A stretch of DNA of 64,000 bases from Lepidodermella squamata (GCA_047495785.1 JBLDXI010000002.1:620001-684000); one strand, 5' to 3'. Shown: positions 23,507 through 36,989, counted from the stretch's first letter. The notes: generated by a model not told the origin, from the letters alone. A program made the numbers and translations.

Positions 23507-25199
23507 ATTACAGAATGAGAAGACAACTCAGATGACTCTTGCTTGGTAATTGTGTTTCAAATTGTGTTTCAAGTAGTAAGTTAATCTTTGACCCTCAAGC
23601 ACCATGTAATTTAGCTCAAGCACAAAGTAGTAAGTGATTAATTAATATGTAATGAATAAATATGGAACATCCTAGCGCCTTGGAAATGCATGTTGTTTTT
23701 TCGTACAGGCTAGATTTTACCTGACGGCATGATTAATTGAAATTTAATAGGTAATTGAAAAAGAAAACTCCAAAATGAATTTCTTGGAAAACCCCGAGAA
23801 ATTTTCTTATACCTAATTTAGAAGTTATAAAATGTGGTTTTTCAGTGTCAAATTCGAAAGTTTCCTCGCCTCGCTCGAACGCTTAGTTTAAATGTCACCT
23901 GAGATTTCTTCAATTTCGAGCAATACGTTGCCATCAAAAATCAATGTTAAAAGCAATCAATTTGTAACTCAAAAAAGTACCCATTTCCAACCAAATGTCA
24001 TTCATTTTAGCAAGGCATTCTCTTAGGACACTACTGTGCAATACAAGACAACAAGTTTAGGAACCGCTGGTCTACAGTAACAAAGCAGAGCCAAGTATGA
24101 CGAATTCACTTCTGTTAGCAGTTAGCATGTTGTAGTTTTATTATTATAGGCCCTCCGCCGCCTTATGACACTATAATGCACAATGTTTGACGGAGCACAA
24201 AAATGATTAGCCCGCATGCTAATCAGAGGTCAAGTCGAATGACACACACATGAATCTCGATCAGCAGTTATATACTTATGAGTTTATTGTTTATGTAATG
24301 TTTTAACTTATGTTTTTTGAATATTTGTGTGGACAGAAAAGTAGAATATTGCAGATTCGTTTGTCGACTGTCGCGGCTTCGACTGGCAGGGAGAAAGGCT
24401 CATTTCAGGGCTAATGGCCAGGCCTCAAGGTGTGTATTCTAAAAATATCGAAGAGGCAGATATTTACTCATATGAAAACGGCTTGCACCAAAGGATGCAT
24501 ATCCTCCCAGATATCACACCAGGCTCTTCATAGGGCTAAAGGCTCTCAGGATGAGGGCTCACTGATCCGGTGTTAGGTGTCAGACTCACACTCTGGATTT
24601 AGAAATTACAGCGGCTCATTTATGACTTACATGCCAGGTTATTCGGGAAGGCTCAGGGCTAGTGCACAGAGACTAGCAGGTCCTAAAGGCTCAACAGGGA
24701 AACACAAAGAAAACATTTATTTATTTATTAAAGAGCATTTATCCCCACAAGTTGAAAGCTCGGTTATAAAAAATTGTCAGTGAGGAAAAACGTAACAACA
24801 AAGTCATGCTGATTATTCAGTCCGGTTCAAGATTCAAGAAAATGTAAAAAAAAAATCAACAATTATTTGAGATCGACAGCAGCTTGTTATATTTACGCTC
24901 CATCCGTGTAAGACATGACAGTAAGGGTCTGTGATTCTCTTGTTTTGCGCCTGTGAAGGGGGCAACATTGCGGCGTAGGTACCAGGCCGGGCAGTAATGG
25001 TCGAGCATCCGCTTGTCGACGGTATCAGGCTGGGGACTGGCGATATACTGCAAGTACTCTATCATGCCATTGTTCGCGGTGAGACAGCGTGCGCACCATA
25101 TTAGCGCTCCAGTTATTTCTTAAAGACGTCGCTGATTGCTGCAGCCTTCACTTCTACGACGACGCCAAAGGAATCGCACTGAAATGGTCGATCCTTTGC

Positions 25200-25316
25200 C
25201 CCTCTTAACCCTTCTGCTTGAAAATTTAATTGTCGCTGCTCGAAACTTTTTGGCAGACAGTACCAGGCAAACGACCCATATGTGAGCACGCTATCGATGA
25301 GAACTCGGCTAAACAT
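25200..25316 (-). mobile_element. Possible decayed non-LTR (LINE) ORF2 C-terminal fragment
   Basis: VLIDSVLTYGSFAW...QLNFQAEGLR resembles the post-RT 'LLYGSEAW...L..FQ...LR' segment of LINE ORF2 proteins. Short and degenerate. Confidence 0.4.
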
Positions 25317-25445
25317 GATGCAAAGACCGCTAGGGACAATACGCCTACAAGCTATTCCGCTGAGGCAGGCAGCTCGCGGTTTCGTCTTCGCAGAGAGACG
25401 GTCGAGTTGGCGACGACAGTTTAGCCGTGATTCCCAGGTAATAAC

Positions 25446-26371
25446 TTAAGGGATTCGTTGACCAGGGGCGAAGGTTTCATTCATATTGATGAAAGGAATA
25501 TGGTGATTGCCAAGTGCAACAAGGCGAGCTTTCCACTTATCAATCATTAAGCCGTTACCCGAGACGTCAGGGTTGTACTTGACACGGAGAACCGCTATAA
25601 CCGCCATTTTGAAGACCACTGCCGCCAGAATTCGCTTGCGGTTCCCTCGGAGATCGGCATTCGTGCCCGAAATGTCCCAGTCGACCACAGCTCCTACATG
25701 CCATGGTGGCCTTCTTATTGTTACGGAACTTGCCGTGGCCTGTTTTCAAAGCGTCGTTTGAACTCGTACCGCTCGCTCGATTCGATTTGTTCGACCTCAG
25801 TGTGGGACATCGTAGATCCTCGGTTGCCAAGACAGCCTCGACATTGGTAATCTAGAGATTTCGTAATTCGGAGCGCAGTTACCAGCTGGTTATAACTGGC
25901 CGGGAGACGGGATACTATTCAAAATAATGAAAAAATATTGAGAATCCGGCAGGAGAATCCGGTCAGTTGATCGCGAATTCGCCTCAGACGATGCAGGTGA
26001 TTCGTCGGAGGGAATCGCCCCCACGCAGCGTCGTAGTGAAAAGCTGTTGAGTTAAAAACATCAGGCTACCATTCGATATATTTTCAAGCCGAGCTTTGAG
26101 TGCAGTCATGGTTGTCTTTGCATTGTCCGTGTCAGGCAGCAGCCCCAGAATCGACGCGAAAATGCCGCAAATCACGTGAGTTGTAGCGCGGAGGTGCTTC
26201 GTCGAGAGAAGGCAGTGCGCAGCTGGCTACGTCAGCCGAGTCATGCCGTCCCAGTCGAGCTCTGGGTCGGTTCCAGCACGACACCCCCGAGATCAGCCGA
26301 GACGAGATTGATGTGGACTTGCTTGTACCAAGCCGTTCAGTTCTCAGCGCCAGTAAGAGTGATAGGATCAC
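25446..26371 (-). mobile_element. Degenerate, internally deleted Ty1/copia retrotransposon relic (gag + RT fragments)
   Basis: Gag-like NAKTTMTALKARLENISNGSLMFLTQQLFTTTLRGGDSL (25984..26175). CCHC zinc knuckle CRSCGRLGHFGHEC (25567..25830). Copia RT motif KWKARLVALG...ETFAP (25446..25688). Frames broken; no LTRs identified. Confidence 0.8.
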
Positions 26372-26970
26372 TTTTAAGGTTGTGGTTGTTTTCAGTCATC
26401 AGAAGAATAAGACCGACAAAATTAAGGTAGCGAAATTGTGAAACTGGAGCTAAAAAAAATTGCGGCGAAAAATTGTGCTTAGTTGGGCATTGGGCGCAAT
26501 CTGGGCCCATAGCTAATAACCAGTAATGACCCAACCCAGTAATTATATAAGAATAATAACACTATTGATTTTCATCAACAAGTTCACCTCAATTTTGAGC
26601 CTTGGATGTTGGAGGTAGGAAACAACTGCTGGTTCGACGAAGATCGAATCTGAAATTTTATTCTGCACTCAAAAATTATTTCATTTTTAATTACAGCCAT
26701 TGTCGACCCAATTTTTCTGAATTCAGTTTTTATGTACACGCTGAAGAGGTTTTTTATGATATCCAAGCAGGAGTGCGCGAGAACCTACGAGGTTCGTTTT
26801 AATTGAAAATTGGCTCTTAATAGATTGTCACACATTTTTGTGGGGGAATTAATTAGGTGCCAATTTTCAATTAAACCAATTGCGTCGTGATTTTATCAAC
26901 CTGGCATATAAGGGCGGCAGTATGCTTGGAAATTTCAACTTTCAGCTCCTCAACTTTTTTCTTGAAAACA

Positions 26971-27438
26971 ATGTTTGGCCATCTTTTCGTCTTCACTCTA
27001 TTCGCCGGCGGCAGTTTTGCTATCCAATGTTACAGTGGCCGAGCAACCGCAAAAGCCTACAATGCAACGAGGGATACATTTTTTTCGTCGACGGGAACGG
27101 TCTACGATAAGCTGGATTTCGAAACTCATAACATGTGCAACCGCTGCTTGCAACTAGTCAGAGTTGTGTCCAACGATACTTTTGTCGATGATAACGGCGC
27201 CTTCCAGCTTATTGAGATAGAATGGGACTGTGATGAGTCTAGCCGTGATCAAAGAGCACCTTGCATACCCTCCTTCATTGCGTCGGGCGATGGGCATGAA
27301 GATGACATTAGGCCAGGCCGTTACCTTTTCGGCGTATGCTATTGTTGCAGCGACAACTGCAACGCCAATTACGACTGTGGCCTCAAGGTGCCGGAACTTG
27401 TCGAGAGAACCGAGTCCAAGCGAATTCGCAGACACTGA
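26971..27438 (+). CDS. Secreted three-finger (Ly6/quiver-like) protein, copy 2, intronless
   Basis: Signal peptide MFGHLFVFTLFAGGSFA, mature IQCY, same Cys spacing as copy 1 and an identical last 33 aa. Confidence 0.68.
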   Translation: MFGHLFVFTLFAGGSFAIQCYSGRATAKAYNATRDTFFSSTGTVYDKLDFETHNMCNRCLQLVRVVSNDTFVDDNGAFQLIEIEWDCDESSRDQRAPCIPSFIASGDGHEDDIRPGRYLFGVCYCCSDNCNANYDCGLKVPELVERTESKRIRRH

Positions 27439-28331
27439 ATTTTGAGATGAGAAACCTACTCAGATGACTTTTGCTTGATTAAATGATTAAATGATTAATT
27501 AATAATTAATGAATACATATATGATGCTTGAAATCGCGATGCCTTAGAAATCCATGTTGTTTTTTCTTTTTCAGCGCCGTCCTTTCCTCAGCTAGATTCG
27601 TGACCCAAAAAGATTCTGGAAACAATTGTGATGTACAAATCCCGGAATTCGTATGAGAAAAATTGATGATGATTTTTGGCAAAACAAGGACAGGCTTCGC
27701 TATTGACAATAAACAATAAACATCCTTTTTTATTTGACTTCATTCCACTTGTTTCTCGGCGTGCGTCTCAAATAGTAGTGATATGCCACTATTGGGACAT
27801 AATCACCGAGATCTGAGAGTGATCCTTTTTGCGCTCAATTTATTATTCCAAGTTCAACATAAGAAAATTGATTCCCCTGCATTTTTTTCTCAGGCATCCT
27901 TCTTCTAGTTCGCGCTAAGGCTCTCGAGAATTAACATCACGCGCTATTAGAAACGGAACCCTTGAGGTTGATAATTACGATGCAATAATTCGAGCGGTGT
28001 TTACTTGAATTACTTCCTCGAGTAATCACTTCGCACCGGTTGCCAAGCTGCCGGGCCCTGATCGCGAGTGGGCTGAATGCTGAAAACTGAGTACGCGAAA
28101 GTGCTGCTTGACTTTACGCCGTGGCAACAAATGACTTTGGACACGAACAGCGCCGCCTGGCCAGATCAAGAAGCGGCACGTGAAATTGATACGAATGACT
28201 CAGCCTCCGGTTGATCACAGTGGAAAAAAACGAACCGTCCGAATATATTACGCTGCCACTTGATCATTTCCTATATATCTAATTATTTCATCCTAAATTG
28301 ATATACACTGCCGGAAAACTGATCGGAAAAA

Positions 28332-31300
28332 ATGAACATTCGAGTAGCAATTCGAACGAGGCCGTTACTTGCGAGGTAATTAATAGAATAATTAATTGAT
28401 TATCTTTTATTGATGATTTTTAATTATTATCAGTGATTATCAGCGGATAACGAATCATGCTAATGGATTGGCCCAAGCAGTGCATGTTGTCGATGAGAAT
28501 AATTCGTTACTGATATTGGATCCCCAAACCGCTAAGCCGACCCATCAGTACTATTTCGGTTCGTCTTAATCCGATAATGATAAAATTAAAAGGCAAAAGG
28601 CGCAATTGAAGCTATAAAAATCAATTTTCAAACGAGTATCCCTAGTAGGGTGACTAGATCTAAATGCGCAAAAAGATCGTTATACTAACCAGATTTCCCC
28701 CAATCAAATTTTTCGAAAAATCTTCCTTGGAATTTTCGAATTTAGTGAATAATTCAACTTTAAATTCAAAACTGTACAGCCTAACTAAATTCGGTGAATT
28801 TCAAGGTTCCAGCGTTAAACTTAAGGCTTAACTACTGAAGTTCTCCTTAATAGGACTTTTCGAGATTCACTCCTTTAATTTTTCCCCTCCGATTCCCAAC
28901 CTCACTATTGCGAGTATTATGCATTGCGAGTTGTCAGTTTTTGAGTTTTACTACGGCCTACTAAGCCGATATCAATTCCTATTATCGATTTTACAAATCA
29001 GTGATTTTTCCGATATCAGAACTTTGAAAGACCAAATTCGACAGATTCCCATCTAGCTGATGGTACCAGGTAGCCATAATGTCATCGGGGATCCTTATGA
29101 ATCTGGAAAAGAAAGCTGAAAATCTCCACGACCATTTTGTCCAATTTGACCTTAGGTCATTTTCCATTTTTCCTCTATTTTTCTCAAATCTAACTGATTT
29201 ACCGAATTATTTTTATTATTTCACAGACAAAGTGTTTCAGCCTGAGGAGTCGACTGAGGAAGTCTACAACATCGTGGTAATTTATAATAAGGAAATGAGG
29301 TCAAATTTTCCTAATTTTCTCGATTTCAGGCTAAACACATTGTGTACCACGCTGTGAAGGGCTACAACGGAACAATTTTCGCGTATGGCCAAACCTCAAC
29401 CGGCAAAACGCATACCGTATTCGGCCATTCCGAAGTGTCGCCCGGCATCGTGCCCATGGCAATCAACGACATTTTCGACCAGATCGAACAGGCCGGAAAA
29501 TCGCGGCTCTTCTTCGTCCGACTCGCCTGCCTTGAAATCTACAACGAAAAACTGACCGATCTAGCGGCTTTCGATGTTGGTAAACAGAATATTGGCCCTA
29601 AGCTGAAGACGCTGCGAATTCGCGAAACCCAGGGCGGGTTCATTTTCGTTGAAAATCTCATCGAAGAGGTGTGCACAACGCGAGAGAGTGCGCATTACTT
29701 TTTGAATGAATGTCTCACCCGGCGGCATATGGCTCAGACTTTGGCTAATCAAGACTCATCTCGGTCTCATGTGATATGCCGGGTGATAGTTGAAAGCCGC
29801 CCTGTAGCCGGGTCGAGCCGGCAGTCTGTCAATGGCGAAGAGGCGATGGTTGACTACGACCAGGCTCCGACAACGATTGGCGAGTTGAATTTTGTGGATT
29901 TAGCCGGGTCCGAGGCTGCGGTTAAGGTCGTTGCCCCTAGCAACGGGGTGGCGAATAATTTAGCGATTGGGGCTAATATTTTACCGCCGGAGACTGTTGC
30001 GAGGATGAAGGAAGGCCGGGCGATAAATCGCAGTTTGTTGATGCTGGGCATTGTCATCAATCAGCTGGCTGAGAATCGGTCGATTGTTCAGTATCGAAAT
30101 TCGAAGCTGACCAGGATTCTGCAGAATGGATTGGGCGGGAATTCGCTGACGGCCATTGTTTGTACAATTTCACCGACTGAAGCTGATAAGCGGCAGACAA
30201 TTAGCACACTACAGGTCAGTTTTAATTTCAACGCGGGACAATGAAAATTTGAAAAAAATCAAAGATTTTTATATTCAAGCGAAAAATAAATGGAAATTAA
30301 ATAGTAAATATTAGGCGTGAAAATTTGAGCTGTAAAAAGTTCCTCTTGATATTAGGAATTTTTTAGATTTTTTTGGCCGAATGCCAAAGTAAGAAATTTT
30401 CCTTCCCTAATTTATTATGTCCATATATCTTAAATTTTTAATTTTAACGCGCCTAGAATTTCAGGCTTATCTTTATTTGCTTTTATTATAAAGTCTCATC
30501 AAAGGTTTTATATAGGATCAAGAACATTTCACATTTTCTCTAAAAAAAATTTCAGGCGAAAAATCTTGGAATTTCCAGAGAATTCAACATCTTGGAAAAA
30601 ATGGAAATTCTCGTACTGTGTGACTATTTCTGGTTTTAGATTGGACTCGATTTACATATTTGAGGCTCAAGACTAAATCCCCTCTAAATATGATTTTTCC
30701 GGGTTTAAATCTTCCTTAAATTTTTAATGTTTAATTTTTATATTTTTTCATTCGTTTTGAAATTTTCTAAATTGAAAAATTGTTGAGCCGATACATATTA
30801 AACTTATTACAAATTCCTGAGAAAAACAGGTGACTAGAAGGAAAGGTTTCAGAGTTAAGGATCACAACTATGAAAAAGGAAAAATTAAAAATGAGAAAAT
30901 GTAGTGTAATAGGAAATTCTTTTAAAACTTCAATTTTGAAAATTTTTCCTGAATTTCTATTGAATTTTAAATTCTATCATTTACTTTGAACTATTCTTCA
31001 AAACCAACTCTTCATGCTGAGTAAAAATTTGTATAGCTCTATTAAAATTCTCATTTTTTCTCAGTTTGCAAGCAATGCGAAATCAATAAGGACAAAGCCG
31101 CGCCTTAACGAAACGTATTCGCCCGACCAAGCAATTCTACGCCGCCTTCAGCTCGAAATCGAACGACTGCGCCGGCGAATAGTTGAACTCGAAATGCAGC
31201 AATCATTCCCTAGCAGCCAGATAAATTCATCAACTGCCGAGCGGCAACAACTGCACGAAAACGAACAGCTCCTGCTCGAGATGATCGCAGGCGGGCGGCG

Positions 31301-32690
31301 AAATAGTAAGGTTGAAAATCGCGAGAATAACCGTCAGCAGTTGCTGACATCGCGGCCGCCGGCGCCGTCTCGCCGCATGACCTGGGCGCCGACCGAGTCT
31401 GGTCACGCTCTGCTGATGTTCACGGGCGATAAGGACGAGCGGGCCGAGTCACAAATGGCGGGCAATAATAACGAGAAATCAGTCATGTTTCACGGCGTGT
31501 TGGAAAAAGTTAGCAGTCAGGATTTGATGTCGTCTACGGGGGATATGATATCGCGGACGGCGAGTCAAGGCTCGACTGTTAGCCCCGTCAAGTCGAATGA
31601 TAGTGCTGGTACGAGGTTTGAGCCGATTTCGGCCACGATTGAACGGATTGCGAATGAGGACGAGTTTCGGGAGCGGTTTGTTGGCCGCCAGTACTTTGAA
31701 ACTGTGGCGAAAAATTACGAAAAATTGAAACACGTTTTGGAGCAAAGCTTAGGTGGGATTTTGCTACTTCGAATTGAAAACAAATTCAAATTGAATTTTT
31801 TTAAATTTTATTAAAATATTAAGAAGATTCCTAAACTCTGTGTGACTTCAATTGAAAAATATTTATTACTTACATTTTAAAATTTTTAGCTTTTTTATTT
31901 CAAATTTCAAAATTTTAAAATTCAAAATTTCAAAAAATCACAAATTTTAATAATAATTCTGATTTCAAATATTTCAATTTTAATTTGAATAAAATTTCAA
32001 AAATTTCATTTTTGAAGTCGCATATTCTGACATTTTTCGATTTTTTTTCTAGGATCGCCAATCGATGAAGAGGGAGATTTTGCGGACGTGTCTGATAAAA
32101 TTTCAACCCTAGTCGCGAAAAGCCGGCAGTCATCCCAGGTTCACTCAGCCGCGACGACTCACCCATCCAGCCGTAACGTGACCCCGACAAAAGAAGTTGA
32201 ACCCCTCGTGCCTGAAAACAGCAATTCAAGGCCGAAATCGAGTTTCATGTCCTCATTTGCGCCTGCTGAGACCAAATCGGAGGATCGGCCGCCTATATCG
32301 GCTAAAATGTCCTCGCCACCGCCTGTTACCGGCCGACTTGGATCGCCCATTGTTCCGATTCGAATTATCCGAAGAACAGCAACTTCAGCCAGATTGCCGC
32401 CGTTATTAGTCACGTCAAACTTATTCAGGACAAAAACAATAATTGGCTACCATGTCGGGCCGGAAACAGGGCACATTACGCGACCAGTCAGTCGGACTAC
32501 AACAGTCACCCTGACTGATTTAGGGTCGAGGCGGATGTCGAGTGATAATAATAATAATAATAATGGCGTCCACAATTCGAACAGCAGCGATCAAGGAATA
32601 GTCGCGGATCACGTTGCGTCCTCGGACGACTCATCCGGGTTCATTCAACACAATTCAAGCGACGATTGGACCGACATTTCATTGAGATGA
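28332..32690 (+). CDS. Kinesin-7/CENP-E-like motor protein, short tail; ~6 exons (28332-28375, 28434-28558, 29227-29276, 29330-30214, ~31065-31752, ~32053-32690)
   Basis: MNIRVAIRTRP; P-loop GYNGTIFAYGQTSTGKT; switch I NQDSSRSH; switch II DLAGSE; YRNSKLTRILQ; post-motor RRMTW motif like CENP-E RRVTW. Confidence 0.85.
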
Positions 32691-33226
32691 AACTTTTTGT
32701 CAAAACCCGATTATTGAATATTTTCAATTTTTTTTAATTTTTCAATTAAAATTCCATTCAGCCGTGACCGTGATTGCCTTTTAATTTCCCTGTGCATTTA
32801 ATTACAAGTAATAATAATTTTCTATTAATTTATTTTGGATGGAAAAAATAAAATATAATTTTGTGTTGGCTATTTTTTCAGTGTTTTTCCAGGTCACGAA
32901 ATGAGTGTGCACCTGACCTAGGTGTAGTCAAGCAAAACAACAATAAAAACAAGCGAAAAAATTGCGTGCGCATAGCTGAGCAGGGTGGATTAAATCGATT
33001 AATTTCGAGCAGCAAGAAATACAGGCAAACAAGCCATTGAAAGTCAAAGCTATAAGAAATAATTATTAATAATCTCAACGAACTGATTCAGCGTTTTGTT
33101 GTATGATGAGCACTTGAAGTGTAAACAATGGCTTTTGTTGTTTTCGTTTTTAGGATATATTTATTCTATCAATTTTGAGTTTAAAGGCAACTCTCAGTTT
33201 CGATGCTTGAGGCTTTGCATTTAACC

Positions 33227-35826
33227 ATGAATTGCGTCCCACTTAAAGTCGCTGTTCGATTCAAGCCTTTGACCAGGTAATTTTTGAAATTTTTCTACTT
33301 AATTTCAAAAAATTATTCGAATTTTCATTCAGCGCGAGTCCAACTAGGCCTGAGCCTGTAAATCGGTCCCCAACTCGAGAAGGGACATTCGATTGCTCCA
33401 GGCCTCAGTCGGTCAAGCATGGCCATCCCCAGCGCCAGTCGACGTTTGGAAATTTCCAGTCTCTTTCGTTGACGGTTAATAAAGAAGAATCTTCGGTGAC
33501 CTTCAACGATTTCAACCCGAATACGAATGGGTTGAAAGTTGCGGATGAGTTCAAATTCGATGCTGTCTATGAACCGCAAGATTCGACGAGGGATGTCTAT
33601 CATGATAACGCGAAGGAGCTAGTAGCTAATGCTCTCCAAGGCTACAATGGTAAGCATATGGGAAATTTCGGAAAATTACTAATTGAAATTTCGAAATTTT
33701 TGAAATCTAATGAATTTATCAGAATTTAAAGTTCTCAATTTAAATTTTCTTGAAACTGAGAAATAAAAATTTCGAATTTTTGAAAATTATGAATTTTTTT
33801 GAAAATTCCGAATTATGGTTACAGTGAAAATTTAGAAAAATCAGAATTCTCAAGTTATGTTTTCATCTTTCATCCCAACTCTTCCACTTTTTTCAGCAAC
33901 CATTTTTGCTTATGGCCAATCGCGAACGGGCAAAACCCGTACGATGTTTGACAACCAGCAGCTCACGGGCATTGTCTCAATGGCTATCGAGGACATTTTC
34001 AGCCATATCCACGCGGATACCAATCGCTTCTATATTGTTAGAGTCGCGCTGCTCGAAATTCACAAGGAGCGACTTTTCGATCTGGCCAACCCTAACACGA
34101 ATGGATACGCTAAGCCACTGCGACTTCGAGAAACTTCTGTAAGCTCAACAGTTTTCATTTTCTCGTTATTTTACTTTTCAAAATTTAAAGAGTGGATTCC
34201 TGTTTGTCGAAAATTTGATCGAAGAAATTTGCGGCGATGCTTGGTCAGCTCGCCAATTCGTCGCCCGTAACATCGGCCGGCGCCGTAATAGCCACGTAAT
34301 TTGCCGCGTCATCATCGAAAGCCGCCAAATCGAAGGCCTCGACAAGCTGGGCCCAGGCCAAGAAGTGCCAACTCGCGTTTCCGAGATCAATTTCGTCGTA
34401 TTGGCCGGGTCGGAAGGCGCGATGCGTAAAGTGTCTCTGAAACCTATCAAAGCCAGCGAACGAGCGGCCCAGGCTGAAATGTTGAAGGAATACAACGCTA
34501 TCAACCGAAGTCTTTTAATGCTTGGCTTGGTTATGCAACAACTCAGCGATGGCCAACAGACGGCAGCGAATTTCCGGAATTCTCTCCTGACTAGGGTGCT
34601 TCATAACGCACTGGCTGGTAACTCTTTCACAGCGATTATCTGCACTCTTTCGACCAAGCCGTTCGACATGAAGCAGAATCTTAGTACCTTGAAGGTATGT
34701 TGAGTCGAAATTCAGCCAAAGCGTCCCTAGTTACCAGGTAAAATCAACCCGTTGCTAAGGACTTTTGTTTTCACAGTTTGCGTCAATGGCACGAAAAATA
34801 CAAACAAAACCGCAGCTCAACGGTGTTTTCCCGATCGAACACGCTATATTGCCGCGCCTTCAAATACGAACGGAGTCAATCAAGCGTAGAATGTCCCTAA
34901 TGGTACCCGCTGTCGAGGTTAGCAAGGCGGAAACCGACGAAAACGCGTTCGATGCGTCATCTGACTCACTGTGTATCCGCGAGCAGTTGATGAAGGAAAT
35001 TTTCTCCGACGACCTAGAGGACTGTACTACGGCGACCAAATCAGCCCGATCCTCCCTAGAGTCGCCGATCAGCCCTGGACGCCGTACTTCGATGACACGG
35101 AGAATGTCGTGGGCCACGAGCGAGAATGGGCAACATGCAATTCTGAAATTACTGCCAAACGCTGCGGCAACATCGAAGGTTCACAGCATTGAAGAGGATG
35201 AGGGCGTGGCGTGTTCTGAAAAAGCTCAGCTGATCGTCAATCCGGACCCTCCAGCTTACGCTAGGGCGAAGAACAACTTTATGCCCCTAGTTTTTAGCAC
35301 GATAGTCAAGTCAGAAAACGAAAAACCCTCGGAAAATCGACGTGTATCTAATCACCAGCCAGCTGAAGAGATTTTCTATGAGAATCTTGTGATTCCGAAG
35401 AAAGAGAAGCCGAAAAAGGACCTGTTCGAGGTTGATTTCAGTAGTGATGAGACAGAGGAAGATGAGAGCGATGAACTCATCAAATTGGCTGATTCATCAA
35501 AGCTATGCTTTATCGTAGGAGACGACTCCGAAGAATCTATCCCTTCTCTGTACGGGGATAAACCAGAACTGGACAACAATGGCGGAATGTCAGTGACTGT
35601 CGATTCGACGTTAGATAGCGAGGAACAGGATTTCGTTGCGCGTTCGGAATTCGATGCGCTGAATGAGCGAATGAAGGCTATGAAACGAATGTTGATTGCT
35701 AAATTGCCGCCTGTTGAACGCGTGCTGACTGCGGAGACGGATGAATTTGAGGTTATCCTTGAGCGACTATGCACTACGCTGAACTCGCAAGGCTACAACA
35801 GCAGGAAGCATTCAATCGCTTACTGA
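33227..35826 (+). CDS. Kinesin-7-like paralogue with degenerate switch I/II; ~5 exons (33227-33277, ~33333-33649, 33897-34138, 34191-34695, 34776-35826)
   Basis: MNCVPLKVAVRFKP; P-loop GQSRTGKT; RRRNSH in place of NxxSSRSH; VLAGSE in place of DLAGSE; FRNSLLTRVL; RRMSW. Confidence 0.8.
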
Positions 35827-36989
35827 ACGATATTTCAATATTTGGATCTCTGATATCCTTTCGAAGCTTCTTCTCCTGATATGAAAACTGTGCTTAAGTG
35901 TTGTTGTCTTCTGACGAAGTGTGACTGATATCGTACGTATCGAAATTTTAAAGTTGTTACGCCTCATTAGGTTTAAAATCGATTAGATACTTTAATAGAT
36001 AGTACTCCAACTCTATAGCATCTAGCTAATTGTTCTCCTTGTTCAAGTTCATTGGAACAATTCTCTGGTGAATTTTGCCTTTAATGAAACAAATTTATTT
36101 CAACATTTGTGCAAAAGTGTCCTAATCTGAGATTTTGGCATTCTATGTTGTAAAATTCTTATCGGCCATTTCTGCGAATGTTTAAATTACTGTACTCTGT
36201 ACTCTGTACTTTGTGACCTAGTTATTAATTGAGCAGGAAATTGCGACTTGATTGCTAAAGCAACGAGCTCAATGTGGAGCTCAAAAAAATGAAATTTACT
36301 AGTCACATTATTTAATGTATGCAGTTTGAAGTTGTTTTATTAACGACTGCACTGGTTTGGAGTTTTCTTCAATAAACCTGCGCGTGGGTATAACTTTTCC
36401 GGGCTTTAATTCTTTCCACTGGTTCAAGACACGCTGCACTTGTGATTAGGGTGTGTACAACGCGTAACGCCCGAAAAACTACGAATGAAATGCCTGTTGT
36501 AATAGTAAAAGAGTCGCAGCAGTGGAACTAAGTTGCCTTTTGTACAAAATCATACGACTCTAGCACGTTGTGCGCATAAATTACCTGGTCACGGCGCCAA
36601 GAGCAGTGCGCGCGCATATCCGTCGACGAAAAACGAACGATGATGAGTTTCGCAACAAACCGTGGCCGCGCGCGAGCAGCATTATAGATACAAAACTACT
36701 ACAAGTACTTGCCATGCCTGTTGTAATATATCTCTCTGACTCAGCGCAGGTGATACCCCATTTTTAGCGAACTAAAATTTATTTTTTGCACACTCACAAT
36801 CGGTAAAATCATCGATCCGTGACCGTGAAAACAGCCAGCTATGCGGTGCTATCAATTTTTCGAGATCGTTTTTCGTTTATTTTAGACCTGCTGTTTTTTG
36901 TAATCTCGAGTGTAATGCGCGATAATTTAGGTGCGTTATCCGCAGTTGCAAGCTCGTAGGCTTTTTTCGACTGAAAAAACTCATCAAAA

